64,000 bases of DNA from Octopus vulgaris (lineage: Eukaryota), in assembly GCA_951406725.2 (NCBI GenBank), contig OX597822.1, positions 87,358,001 through 87,422,000 on the forward strand. The letters are read 5' to 3'. Positions within the stretch are counted from its first letter, which is position 1, and every line of letters starts with the position of its first letter. Below the pieces are notes generated by a model. That model did not search any database. It was not told the DNA's origin and was given only the letters and a program-made list of their open reading frames with translations. The position numbers and the translations under genes are program-made. Below are positions 53,611 through 64,000 of the stretch, in pieces.

Positions 53611-54897
53611 ATGTTGCTTCGCACACAAATGGCTGGCTTAGATTTTTATGATGCAGTCTTAAACAACGAACTTGCTCAGTTGAAGCGTCTCGTTGCACAA
53701 TATAAAATTGATCTCAATGCTAAATTTGTTGAGGTCCGCAAAAAGAACCATGCTGATTTGTGTCCTATTCATCTAACATCATATCGTGGATATACTTATA
53801 TGTTACAATATTTGATAGAGTCTAAATGTGATGTCAACCAAACGACAACAACTCTTCGAAGGACAGCTTTACACTTTGCAGTTCTTAAACACCGAATGGC
53901 CTGTATGATCCTTCTAATTGGAGCCAAAGCTAAACTTGATGTAAAAGATACATTTGGCAATTCTCCATGCCACTATGCTGCAGATGATGGCTATTGTCAA
54001 ATCCTGGATGTGCTCATCCGACGGGGGGCTGATGTTGACTCTCAAGATATTACATCCAAAACTCCACTTATGAAAGCTGTTCGAAATACCAAAACAGATG
54101 CTGTTTTAAAATTAATTCGTGCCAATTGTAAACTGAATATTACTGATCGGAATAGTGACATGGCACTTCATTATGCTGCACGCAACGGTGGAACAGATAT
54201 CATTGATCTTCTAATGGCATCAGGGAGCCAAGTGGATGTTCAGAACTATTGGGGACGTACTCCATGCATGGAAGCTGTCTGTTACAACCAGAAAGAAGCA
54301 GTTGCTTTATTGATCAGAGTCAACTGTGACTTGAACCGGAGAGAATTCAAAACTGGTGACACAGCACTGCACATTGCTATTCGAAGAAACTATACATCTG
54401 TTGTGAGGCTACTACTGGCAGCTGGTAGTCAGCATGATATTTATAACCATCAGGGAGAGACAGCTGCATATGATGCAGTGATATCTAATAAAATTGAAAT
54501 CATTCAAATGATGATTGAACACAACTGTGACCTTGAAGTACCTGGGAAATATTACTCGGATGGAATATACAAATCTTTGTTTCAGATTGCTGCAGAGAAG
54601 GGTAATTTTGAAATGTGTCGTCTTTTAGCAAGATTTGGTTATCTTGATTTCAGCGCCAGGATGTACTTCTACACAAACTACTTTCCCACACGAGTCAATG
54701 ACACAGAGGCTGTAGTTCAGTGGCTTCGGAAAAAGTTGCAAACTGTCACATCTCTACAAGTCTTATGCCGCAAATGTATTCGCAAACGCCTTGGTCACAA
54801 GATAGTTCAAAATGCTGAAGATCTTCCAGTTCCTCGTGCTCTCAAAGATTATGTCATTATCAAAGAAATGCATGAACAAATGATGAGTACATGCTGA
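53611..54897 (+). CDS. Ankyrin repeat and SOCS box-containing protein (ASB-like Cullin-RING substrate adaptor), uninterrupted CDS
   Basis: About 8-9 ankyrin repeats (RTALHFAV, GNSPCHYAA, KTPLMKAV, MALHYAARNG, GRTPCMEAV, GDTALHIAI) and a C-terminal SOCS box (SLQVLCRKCIRKRLG...EDLPVPRALKDYV). First ATG is 53611, alternative 53629; the track's TTG start at 53560 is unlikely. Confidence 0.92.
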   Translation: MLLRTQMAGLDFYDAVLNNELAQLKRLVAQYKIDLNAKFVEVRKKNHADLCPIHLTSYRGYTYMLQYLIESKCDVNQTTTTLRRTALHFAVLKHRMACMILLIGAKAKLDVKDTFGNSPCHYAADDGYCQILDVLIRRGADVDSQDITSKTPLMKAVRNTKTDAVLKLIRANCKLNITDRNSDMALHYAARNGGTDIIDLLMASGSQVDVQNYWGRTPCMEAVCYNQKEAVALLIRVNCDLNRREFKTGDTALHIAIRRNYTSVVRLLLAAGSQHDIYNHQGETAAYDAVISNKIEIIQMMIEHNCDLEVPGKYYSDGIYKSLFQIAAEKGNFEMCRLLARFGYLDFSARMYFYTNYFPTRVNDTEAVVQWLRKKLQTVTSLQVLCRKCIRKRLGHKIVQNAEDLPVPRALKDYVIIKEMHEQMMSTC

Positions 54898-56314
54898 AAG
54901 TAATTCAACATCACTTAAACAATGAAACAATACTTTTATAAATATAAATATATGACTGTATCCAGATATATACATATCTGACAGGGAAATGACAAGTTTT
55001 CAGGCAGATATTGCAGGTGTATAAACAAGGAACCATTCTCAGTTATAAGATTCCAGTTTAGACATATAGTCTAAAAATTATTTATTGCTGTTAAGTAAAC
55101 CTTCAGAGTATAAAATTCTGGTTTATTTTGTTGCAAACAGTTCTTAATTTTCATTTCATTCTCCTTACAAATGTATGCTTTGCTGTTCAAATCAAAGCAT
55201 TAATTTTGCCTTTCAGTTACACACACACACACATGTATGTATGATTTTTTTTCAGTTTAATTTAAGTTCTTAGTGAGAGGGTTCAAACCAGCTGCTAATC
55301 AAAGCAACAAGACTTTTGTGATCGAGTTGGCTGAGCTGTCAATGCATACACCCAAGTGTGTGCATTTATTCACATAAGAATCTCACATGGGGAATTTTTG
55401 GAATGTTTTACAAATCTTGTAGATTGGATTTGGAGAATCCTCATCAGTTTCTTCTGCTTTTTCTCCATTTAAATTTAAGTTTTTGTGCAAATTTGTTGGA
55501 ACATAATCTAATGCATCTATGATGATAGATACAAATGAGAAACTGGCTATGTAAGGATGTATCAATACGGCTCAATGATGTGAAGCATGATGGTAATTTT
55601 CTTATCTAGTCACAATTGTTTTTTTCAGATTTTACTTTGACTTACTTAATGCCTGGTCACTTTCTCTCTGCCCATTTTGTCTTCTCAACTTAGTCTTCCA
55701 ACATGTTTTACATTTCTTCAGTGTAATTTCTGCCTGAAATACCAAACATTCACACCACACAAATTTATCACCTTTTCCTTTTTTACTGCTATAATATGAT
55801 GATTGTGAAAGTGCAGTCTCAACCATCTTTATTAATTGAGGATTATAGTATTGATAATATCAGTTTAATGCTACAGACTTGAATTCAGTCTGAGAAAACT
55901 GTTTGTCTTAATAACTGAGTCTACATATTTGCCAGTACAAAAATTTTAAAGCAGGCATCTTAGGTTCCTTGAAAATTGGTAGCAACTGTTTCCATTGATG
56001 CTAAGTGCTGTGTTTACTACATTCCAGGTAAATTCAGTTTATAATTAAATTCTACCTTTATTTTTTTTTTTATTACCATTTTTTGTATTTAATATAATAG
56101 TGTAAGTGTACATCTTTGATAAAAGTATAAAAACAAATTATAGATATAAAGAAACATTGAGATTGTGCCATGTATTCTGCTGCATTAACCCAATCCTATT
56201 GAAATCCTGCTCTGATCAATGTAGCCTTACTTGTTTCTGGAGTTAATACTATGAGAATTAGTAATATATGAAATACAATGTCCTGGATCTGATACTGAAT
56301 TGCTAGTTCACACA

Positions 56315-56717
56315 CATCATCATTGTCATTAAACGTCTCCTTTCCATGCTGGCATGGGTTGGGCGATGTGACTGAGGACTGGTGAGCTAGAACGTTGCAC
56401 CAGGCTCAATCTGATCTGGCAAAGTTTCTACAGCTGGATGCCCTTCCTAACGCCAACCACTCCGAGAGTGTAGTAGTAGGTGCTTTTATGTGCCACCAGC
56501 ACGAGGGTCAGTCAGGTAGTTCTGGCAACAACCACACAAAGAAGGTGTTATTTACGTGCTACCTGCACGGGAGCCAATCCAGTGGCACTGGCAATGACCA
56601 TGCTCAACTTGAATTCAATTCTGCTCTCAATTATTTCAATTATTTCGTTGTGTCCTTGGGCAATCATCATCATCGTCATTATTTAACGTCCGTTGTCCAT
56701 GCTGGCATGGGTTGGAA
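56315..56717 (-). mobile_element. RTE-tailed SINE/LINE 3' fragment (related pieces at ~14945-15120, 58320-58490, 60155-60200)
   Basis: (CAT)n tail plus TTAACGTCC..TTCCATGCTGGCATGGGTTGG and CTGGATGCCCTTCCTAACGCCAACC motifs. Confidence 0.65.
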
Positions 56718-59700
56718 ATAGTCACTAGCTTCATTGGAAATGTTACTTACAAGAGATAAAAATCCTGATCAGGTGTATTACTCATCTACTTGATGCTATA
56801 AAACTAGAGCTGCACACTAGCCCTCAATTTAGAGGATACATGCTACAGAAACTAATACACAAACGGAACAAAATTTATTGTTCTTTTTACAAGTGCTTGT
56901 TTCATTGATAGTTATTTAGTTCCAGAACAAGCAAGCATGTTATGGAAAAGCATTCAAATCACAATCACCCATTATTCAATGTAATCATAAGAATAATATG
57001 GTGTAAACCAAGGGAAACTGATCTATTTTGAGCATTCTTCTATAGACCATATAGTGTATAGATGCAAAAATGTGCAGGTGGATAAAGAGTTGAACTACTA
57101 CCTAATGTTCAGTGTGTTTCTATAGTTTGTTGGTTTTTGCACAAGTATAATTCTATGCAAGTGGTGGAAGTAGATCATCTTGAAATGTGGTCTGCAATAG
57201 ATGTCATTATATACGAATAAGATTCTTCACTTTTGTCAAGAAGAGTTATCTTCAGTTTCATGCAGATGAAACCAGAGATTCCTTTCATTGAAAATGCATA
57301 TAGCATAGTTTAAACAAACTGTTTTTCTTTCTTTCATTCTATATGCTAAGACTTATGAGATGGTTTCATATATTAACATTATTCAAATGAAGACCTGTAC
57401 CGAGTATTGTATGGCTTTAGCATTTTTGATCAATGATGTTCCAACCATGCACATCTCAACTTTTAGTGTATCATGGCCTACATTGTCCAATGAGTTCTTT
57501 ATGACAGTAGTGTGATTTGAGAAGTTTGGTTGCTACTTTTAGCAGATGGGCTGACCTCTCATTAACTCATGGCTGATGTTTTACAGCTTGATGCTCATCC
57601 TGTTGCCAACCACTCAATCATGAAATGATATTACTTTTTAGGAAACATATTTCCCCACTATGTTTGTAGGTTAGACCACGTGGGACATGTATTCCAAGTC
57701 CCAAAAGAATTCAAGTCTTCTGAAATGTTTAAATGACTTAGATGTTCTCAAACTTGCTGATCTACTAACTACAAAACAATTTTTATGCATCATATTTTTT
57801 AGATATGGCTAGAGTTTAGTAAAAAAAAAAAATAAAAAACATGCTAGCTTGGCCTATCACTCTCCTGTATTATTTTGCTTCTGTAATTAATGAACACAAA
57901 ACTTCTTACTACATATCATACCACCATTTCTCAACTGCCAGTTCCACTTCAGAGCTACTTCCAGTTAACAAGCTATCAGGGTTATTACTGTACCATCCAC
58001 TTGTATTTACTATCAACCCGTGTACATCTATCTTTCACTCTTGTAAATTTACCCCTCTTTTCCTGATTTGTTCTGTCTCCACATTCTTTTCCATTCACCT
58101 TTTTGAGCATGTTATCTTCAGGGTACATTCTGTCACCTCATCACCATCACCCCAAACCCACCTAAAATGCAAGACAGTCATGAATCTTCCCCACAACAAT
58201 AAATCTAGCTGCTCTTCCCATCATATTCTGAACTTTTAATACTTCACATAAAGCAACCCCTCTATTTCCAAGTCTCCCTTTCAATCAAAGGAACACTTTA
58301 GTCGTATAAGTTACAGAGCAACCTCATTAGTGTCGATGCTATGATAAAGCACTCAGTGCAACTGGTTAGCATTACAAAAACTGTGCCAAAACTGAGACAG
58401 TGGAGCCAAATGCAGTCTTCTAATCCATAAAATCCTGTCAGATCATCCAAACCATGTCAGCATGGAAAGCAAATATGATGATGATGATGATAGCCAGTAT
58501 AAAACCAATTAATGTTACAAATGTTTACTTTAAATTATCTCTTAAAACAAGGACAAATCTAGACCAATTCTCAAGTATTGCATTTCTGGGTTGCCTCCAC
58601 AAGGGGTACACATCATCCACTGATATAATGTATTTCAATCAGTGAAGAGAGCAATGAATTTGTGGATTCATTTTAACTTTCTTTAATTAAAGATTCATTA
58701 ACAAGTAACTTGTAAATAGTCACTGACCTGTTGGATGGCACAGTTGAGATTTTTCAAAACCTAAAGGATAAGGCAGTTTGCTATCTTATATTTCCATATC
58801 TGTGGTGCTAAAGTTCCATACTGCAAGTATGTCCTAGCAGAGAGGCAGCACTCACTCAACACATTGATATTCTTCTTCTTACATCAAACGCAAAATGCCC
58901 ACATGCCTGTTAAGCATACTGATACTATTACAATAACAGCCTTCTTAAAACCTGCCTTTATATTTGCTAGTAGCTCTTCATTGTTAAAACCTTGAAATAA
59001 ATACTCACTGGATAGTCAGATCAATCAGATTCTGGGTTCCACACATCTTACATAACAAAAAATGCTTCATTGCAGTGAGCTAAAAAGTTACTTTGAAATG
59101 ATATGATTCATGTTGTATCCACATACTTATGATCAGATGGCATTATTACCAGAACATGAAAGACAAAGTCCAGATAATACCTTGTGTAGCTAGACATTTC
59201 CATATTCTTAGTGAACAGCTAAATAATTTTCCTTATACTAACCAAGACTAAGCAAAGCAAATGAACCTATAGGATTTCCTAAAAGTTTTGGATACACAGA
59301 ATAATAGCATTCAGCCAAAGTAGTTACTTCTAAATCTTCATGTTTTTCTTTTCCAGTTTTAATTCTGAGTGGGAGGCTTTTATAGAAGCAATTCTGGTTA
59401 CAGCTGCATGCCCTTAGTTATATTACCTGTACAATCCTTGAGTAGAATTGAAACTTCTCATCCAAGCAAATAAAGATGAACAGAGTTTTGTATCATGTTG
59501 ATGGGTATATTACTAGTCCTAACACAATTTCTTTCCCTGATCCTATACAGGCCATTGTTCATCACCTTAACTTGGTAGTCCCCATCTGTCTTGCAGATGA
59601 AAATATTCAGAATGATCAAAATAATACACTAAGTTTTTAACAGACAGAAATAAAGCAAGAAAAACATATACAAATATGAAACAGGCTGGAGGCTGAATAT

Positions 59701-59878
59701 TTCTTGTTTATTTGCCTATTTTTGTTGTTTCATAATTAAATACTGTAACAATAGAATATTTTGGAAAAGCAACATTACACAAAAATCTAGACACAAATGA
59801 AAAGGTAATTACATGTTATGGAAGTGGATATTTTGAAAAAAAAAAAGATTTTAAAGATACTAAAAATTGAAAATAAGT

Positions 59879-60021
59879 TTATGTGAGTTTTTTTGCTTTG
59901 TGGTAAAGAGCATCAACTACTTTGCCCATATTTTGAATAGTTTCCAGAGCATTACCATATGTTTGATCCACAGGGGTCTCATCAAAAACTATTAGAACAC
60001 CTGCTCCTTGATCCAAAATTC
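59879..60021 (-). CDS. PSMD11: 26S proteasome non-ATPase regulatory subunit 11 (Rpn6), last coding exon
   Basis: After ttacAG: (G)[46 protein letters not shown]-stop, matching the conserved Rpn6 C-terminus. Absent from the ORF track. Confidence 0.96.
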
Positions 60022-62199
60022 CTGTAATTAACAAACAAAAAGAAGTTTTATTAGCAAATAATATATTTCAAACTACTTCCACATAAGTCCAACAGATTTT
60101 GTGGAATGATGTGAGCATCATGTAGTTTTTAGGTCATGTCAAATAGTTTTACATGTCCAACCCATGCCCGCATGGAAAGCGGACATTAAACGATGATGAT
60201 AAGTACAAGAAACCAAATTCTGTGATGTTCAGTGGCTACAAGCTGGCTCAGAGATTCACTGGAATCTTCTCAAGAGCATTTGTGGTATAAGGTGAAGTGA
60301 ATTAGCTACAACTGAATATTGATACCAGATCGTTGGCTCAGCTAATCAATAACTATCACAACATGATAACCAAAAAAACAGAAGTTGTAATTTGAATTGA
60401 AGCAGCAGAATGGTTTCAAATTCACTTAAGGTTCAGAACTTATTGGAAGGATGCAATCATGATGGCAACGCCAAAGCTAGTTTGGTAGAACAATAAGTGT
60501 TCTGTTTTAGTTTTCTTAGTCACTGCTAACTGTGTATTATATAGTAAGTCCATATAGATTTCAGTAGGTTTAAGTTAATGATTAATAAAATGACCTTTCC
60601 ATTCCAATCAAATAAAATGTTGAGGGTTGCAAAGATTTGATATTTACTAAGTAATGTGAAGTAAGATTTGGTATTTATTTTTGTTGAAATTGATTGGCTA
60701 AATATGCTTTACATGTTGGATTACAAAATGAAAGGGTGGCATAATTTAAACCATTTCATGATTATTTTTCTAATGAAATACATAGTCCATGTATTTCAGT
60801 TAATTTTGAAAATAATCAGTAATTTGGAGAGATTTTGCTAAATCTCCAAAATGGTTTTTGGAATATGACTAGAATAGGAGTTTTGTACAATATAATAAAA
60901 TTGTTCTCAAGTGGGTTGGTGTCAAAAATTAAATGTATCTTTTCAGAGTAATTAATTCAAGACTTGACTAGATATATCAATTGCTATCATCATAATCAGA
61001 ACCATTATCAACATCATCCAGGATAACACTATACTATGAAACAGTACTTTCATTAACCAACACAAACTGGCCAGACTTAATGATTAACAATGTTTCTCTG
61101 TTTGTCCCAATCCAACATCATTCCACTCATGACATTTGATTTAACCCTTTTGTAACCAAATATTTCTAACCAAAATGATTCCTTATGCGTATCAATTAAA
61201 TTCTAAAATAATCATGAATTTAGATTAGTTTCATGAAACAGTTAACTTTTTTATCAATCAATGCATTCATGTGATTTTTGGAACACAGTTTAACAAAAGG
61301 TTCTTAACCAAATCTATTTCATAATTTTTGTCCCAAAACGAATTCAATTACAGGTAAATACAAGTAAATGTTAAAATTCTCATTAAAATATGAATAGGTC
61401 AATTCTGGCAGGCACAGGCAGTTTGGTAACATTAGGCAAAATATTTTTTGGGCATCTACAGGTGGGTTGGTAATGAAAAGATTGAAGTTTGAATGTAATT
61501 ATAATATTCCATATCATCTTTGGCCAATTTATGTCTTCATACTACCAACTACCATTTTGCAGTTGGTTTTCTTCAATGCACAACGACAGATTAATTAATA
61601 GCAAACCCTAATACACTGTATTGATAAAAGTACCTCAATTCATAATTATGCCTTGCAAAGAACCTTGCTTACTCATTCCTCATCTATAATAATGGACATT
61701 ACTCAGAGGTATGCATCATTAAATTCCTCTATCCTAGGCCTGGATCATGATTCTTTTAGGCCCTAAGTCTGTCTGTTCGATAAACTCTACCAAAAATTAG
61801 ATAAATTATAGGTTTTAAATATAAAACGATGCAGCAATGCAATTATTACTTGAAGGAGTAACTTAATAATATATCTAATATCCTGTAATGTTTGTCCCTC
61901 TCGTGTTAATTTCTAGGGATTATACTTTGCTCTCCGACTCTGTTCCCAACTCACTTTAATGATATGATTCTGGGATGAAATTTGTTCTTTTGCAATTAGT
62001 GTGGCTGTTTCTGCTTTCATTGCCAATATTTCAGCTCTATGCAACAATTCCACAAGTCTAACACATATACTATATCTTCCTAGTTCTGCAGAATCACAGA
62101 CATTTACCACCTAAGAAAGCATTTCTAGATTGCAGGCTTCTTTTAAATAAATCTTATTGCACATGGAAAGTAAAAGAAGGCATATAGCAAACCAGTTAC

Positions 62200-62251
62200 C
62201 ATGCAGTTTTCGATCCAAGATCATCTTTGACAGATTCTTCTCAACTTCATT
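62200..62251 (-). CDS. PSMD11: PSMD11/Rpn6 penultimate coding exon (52 nt)
   Basis: AG|NEVEKNLSKMILDRKLH-G|GT. The phase-1 end joins in frame to the last exon and matches the PCI-domain motif VE.KLSQMILDKKF.G. Confidence 0.93.
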
Positions 62252-62574
62252 CTACAAGAATAAAAGAAAATCTTTAAATTCACAATAAGAGAATATAAAA
62301 GTACTTCAAACATGGACAAGTATAAGTTAAGATTTATATTTTAGTTCTTAAAAAGTTTCTCATATTTTTATATGTACTTCATCTCATCTATTTTAAGGTA
62401 CCCTCAAACCTAAAAAAAAAAGAAAGATTTACATCTTTATTCAAGCAAATCTGTAGCAGAAAGAATTAAAGCCAAACTTAATGTACAGTACACAAGTGTG
62501 TGTGTGTGTAAACATATGGAGATAATGACACAAACAACATGCTTGGGCTTGATATATGAACTACACACACTGAG

Positions 62575-63652
62575 ACAAGGTGGTATCAAAACGTTCCCAG
62601 GCTAGTTCTATAGCGCACCATCAGATGCATACACGGTGAAAGCTAGCAGTTGCCTTCATGAGGTAGTGTGTTGAGTGACACTGCTGTGTTCACATTGCAA
62701 GTTGTGAAAATTGTGTTTTTGTGACCACGCGTATGCTGTAGTCTGCAATTTTTATAATGGACAGGAACAAAGAGCCAATGTGAAATTTTGCATTAACCTT
62801 TGTGTTCGCATTATTCTGCCATAATTAAAGCTTTTTCATCCTCATTGCTTTGAACTAATCATGTATTATCTTGTAGCTATGAGATTTTGATGAGGTAGCT
62901 GTTAATTTTTAAAACGATATTGTAGGGTTGGTGTGAGAGACCAGATATGGCTAGTTTGAACATAAAACAGGCAGAATACTTTTGGTCGGATATGGCCGGT
63001 TTAAATGCTAATGGGTTAAACTGAGAAAGTCTGCTACAGAGACATTAAGCATGCTTTGGCAAGCTTACAGTAATGAGTCTTGTGCAATGTTTCGAGTAGC
63101 ACAGGCACTTCAAAAGTGGAAGATTATGAGAGATCTGGAAGACCTGCATCACCCCAACAAATGTGGTATTGTGCATTGAGAATTTGTTCCCCAGGGCCAG
63201 ACTGTAACCTTTTGAAGCATCTGAGTGGTGAGGACATTTAGCGAAAGTAAGTGGATCTGTGGAGCAGCTTCATGATGACAATACACTTTGTCACCAAGAT
63301 CACCTCACTAGGGACTTTCTCACCAAAAACAACATGGTATTGCTTCTGCACCTGTCCTATTTGCCAGATTTAGCACCTGTAAACTTCAATCTCTTCCCCA
63401 AGATGAAAGCGCAGCTCAAAGGCTGCCATTTTACCACCTTTGTCAAGATCTAGAGTGAATCGCAGAAGGTCCTTGACTCACTTATGGAAAACAACTTCCA
63501 GTCTGGATTCCAAAACTGGCAAGAACGCTAAGACTGGTGTATTGTTGTTCAAGGTGACTATTTCAAAGGAGATGAAGTTAAAACTTAGGTAAATAAGTTA
63601 TTTTTTTAATTAAATGTAACTGGTACAGGAACTTTTTGATACCATCTCTTAC
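62575..63652 (+). mobile_element. Decayed mariner transposon in a PSMD11 intron
   Basis: TIR-like GGTGGTATCAAAACGTTCC / GGAACTTTTTGATACCATC; remnants VKFCIKLRKSATET, LHDDN, SYLPDLAP..F.LFPKMK..LKG. Confidence 0.85.
62797..63015. mobile_element. piggyBac-type MITE inserted in the mariner (a similar TTAACCC-started relic at ~61142-61485)
   Basis: Flanked by TTAA on both sides (62793-62796, 63016-63019); excising it restores the mariner frame KFCIKLRKSATET. Confidence 0.75.
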
Positions 63653-64000
63653 ATGTGAATACATACAAGAATATATATGTAGAGAGAGAGAAACTGAAAA
63701 TATCCAGAAGATGAACATTCATGTATAAACATACAGAGATTTATATATTTACAGAACAAACTGACATGGAGTAAAAAAGATACAGAAAACTAAGGGAGGA
63801 GGGCATGGTACTTCAGATTCGACAGCTGTTTTCTGGGGGCTCAGAATTACTTAATAGTTACCAACCTTTCCACCCTGAAAATGGAAGCCTGCTTTACAGT
63901 AATGTTTATATTTATCCACTACTGGTTGCATATTCATTACTTTTTGCATACTCCATCTGCCAATATTAAAACTATTATGTAATTCTGAGCCCCCCAAAAA

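Overview
AT-rich, microsatellite- and transposon-dense animal DNA. The repeat types and gene style suggest a cephalopod such as Octopus (inference). Two host genes are supported near the right end, arranged tail-to-tail: an ankyrin-repeat/SOCS-box (ASB-like) gene with an uninterrupted CDS on + (53611-54897) and the last two coding exons of PSMD11/Rpn6 on - (62200-62251, 59879-60021). The rest is mobile DNA: a near-intact Penelope-like element (RT + GIY-YIG) with a hammerhead-like motif, and a very young non-coding LTR element (615-bp LTRs, tRNA-Trp PBS, 4-bp TSD) inside an R4/Dong-type LINE. There is also a decayed Gypsy element (5-bp TSD) carrying a PLE-derived insert, plus a mariner relic, MITEs, Helitron/Helentron-like elements and SINEs. 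18055-39493 is a head-to-tail triplication of a ~7.15-kb unit. The two most unusual signals are a hammerhead-like core at 50047-50122 (-) whose three strands occur in an order matching none of types I-III, and an LTR pair identical except at the U5 tip next to an imperfect PBS. Most short ORFs in the track are spurious. All alignments and folds were done by eye.
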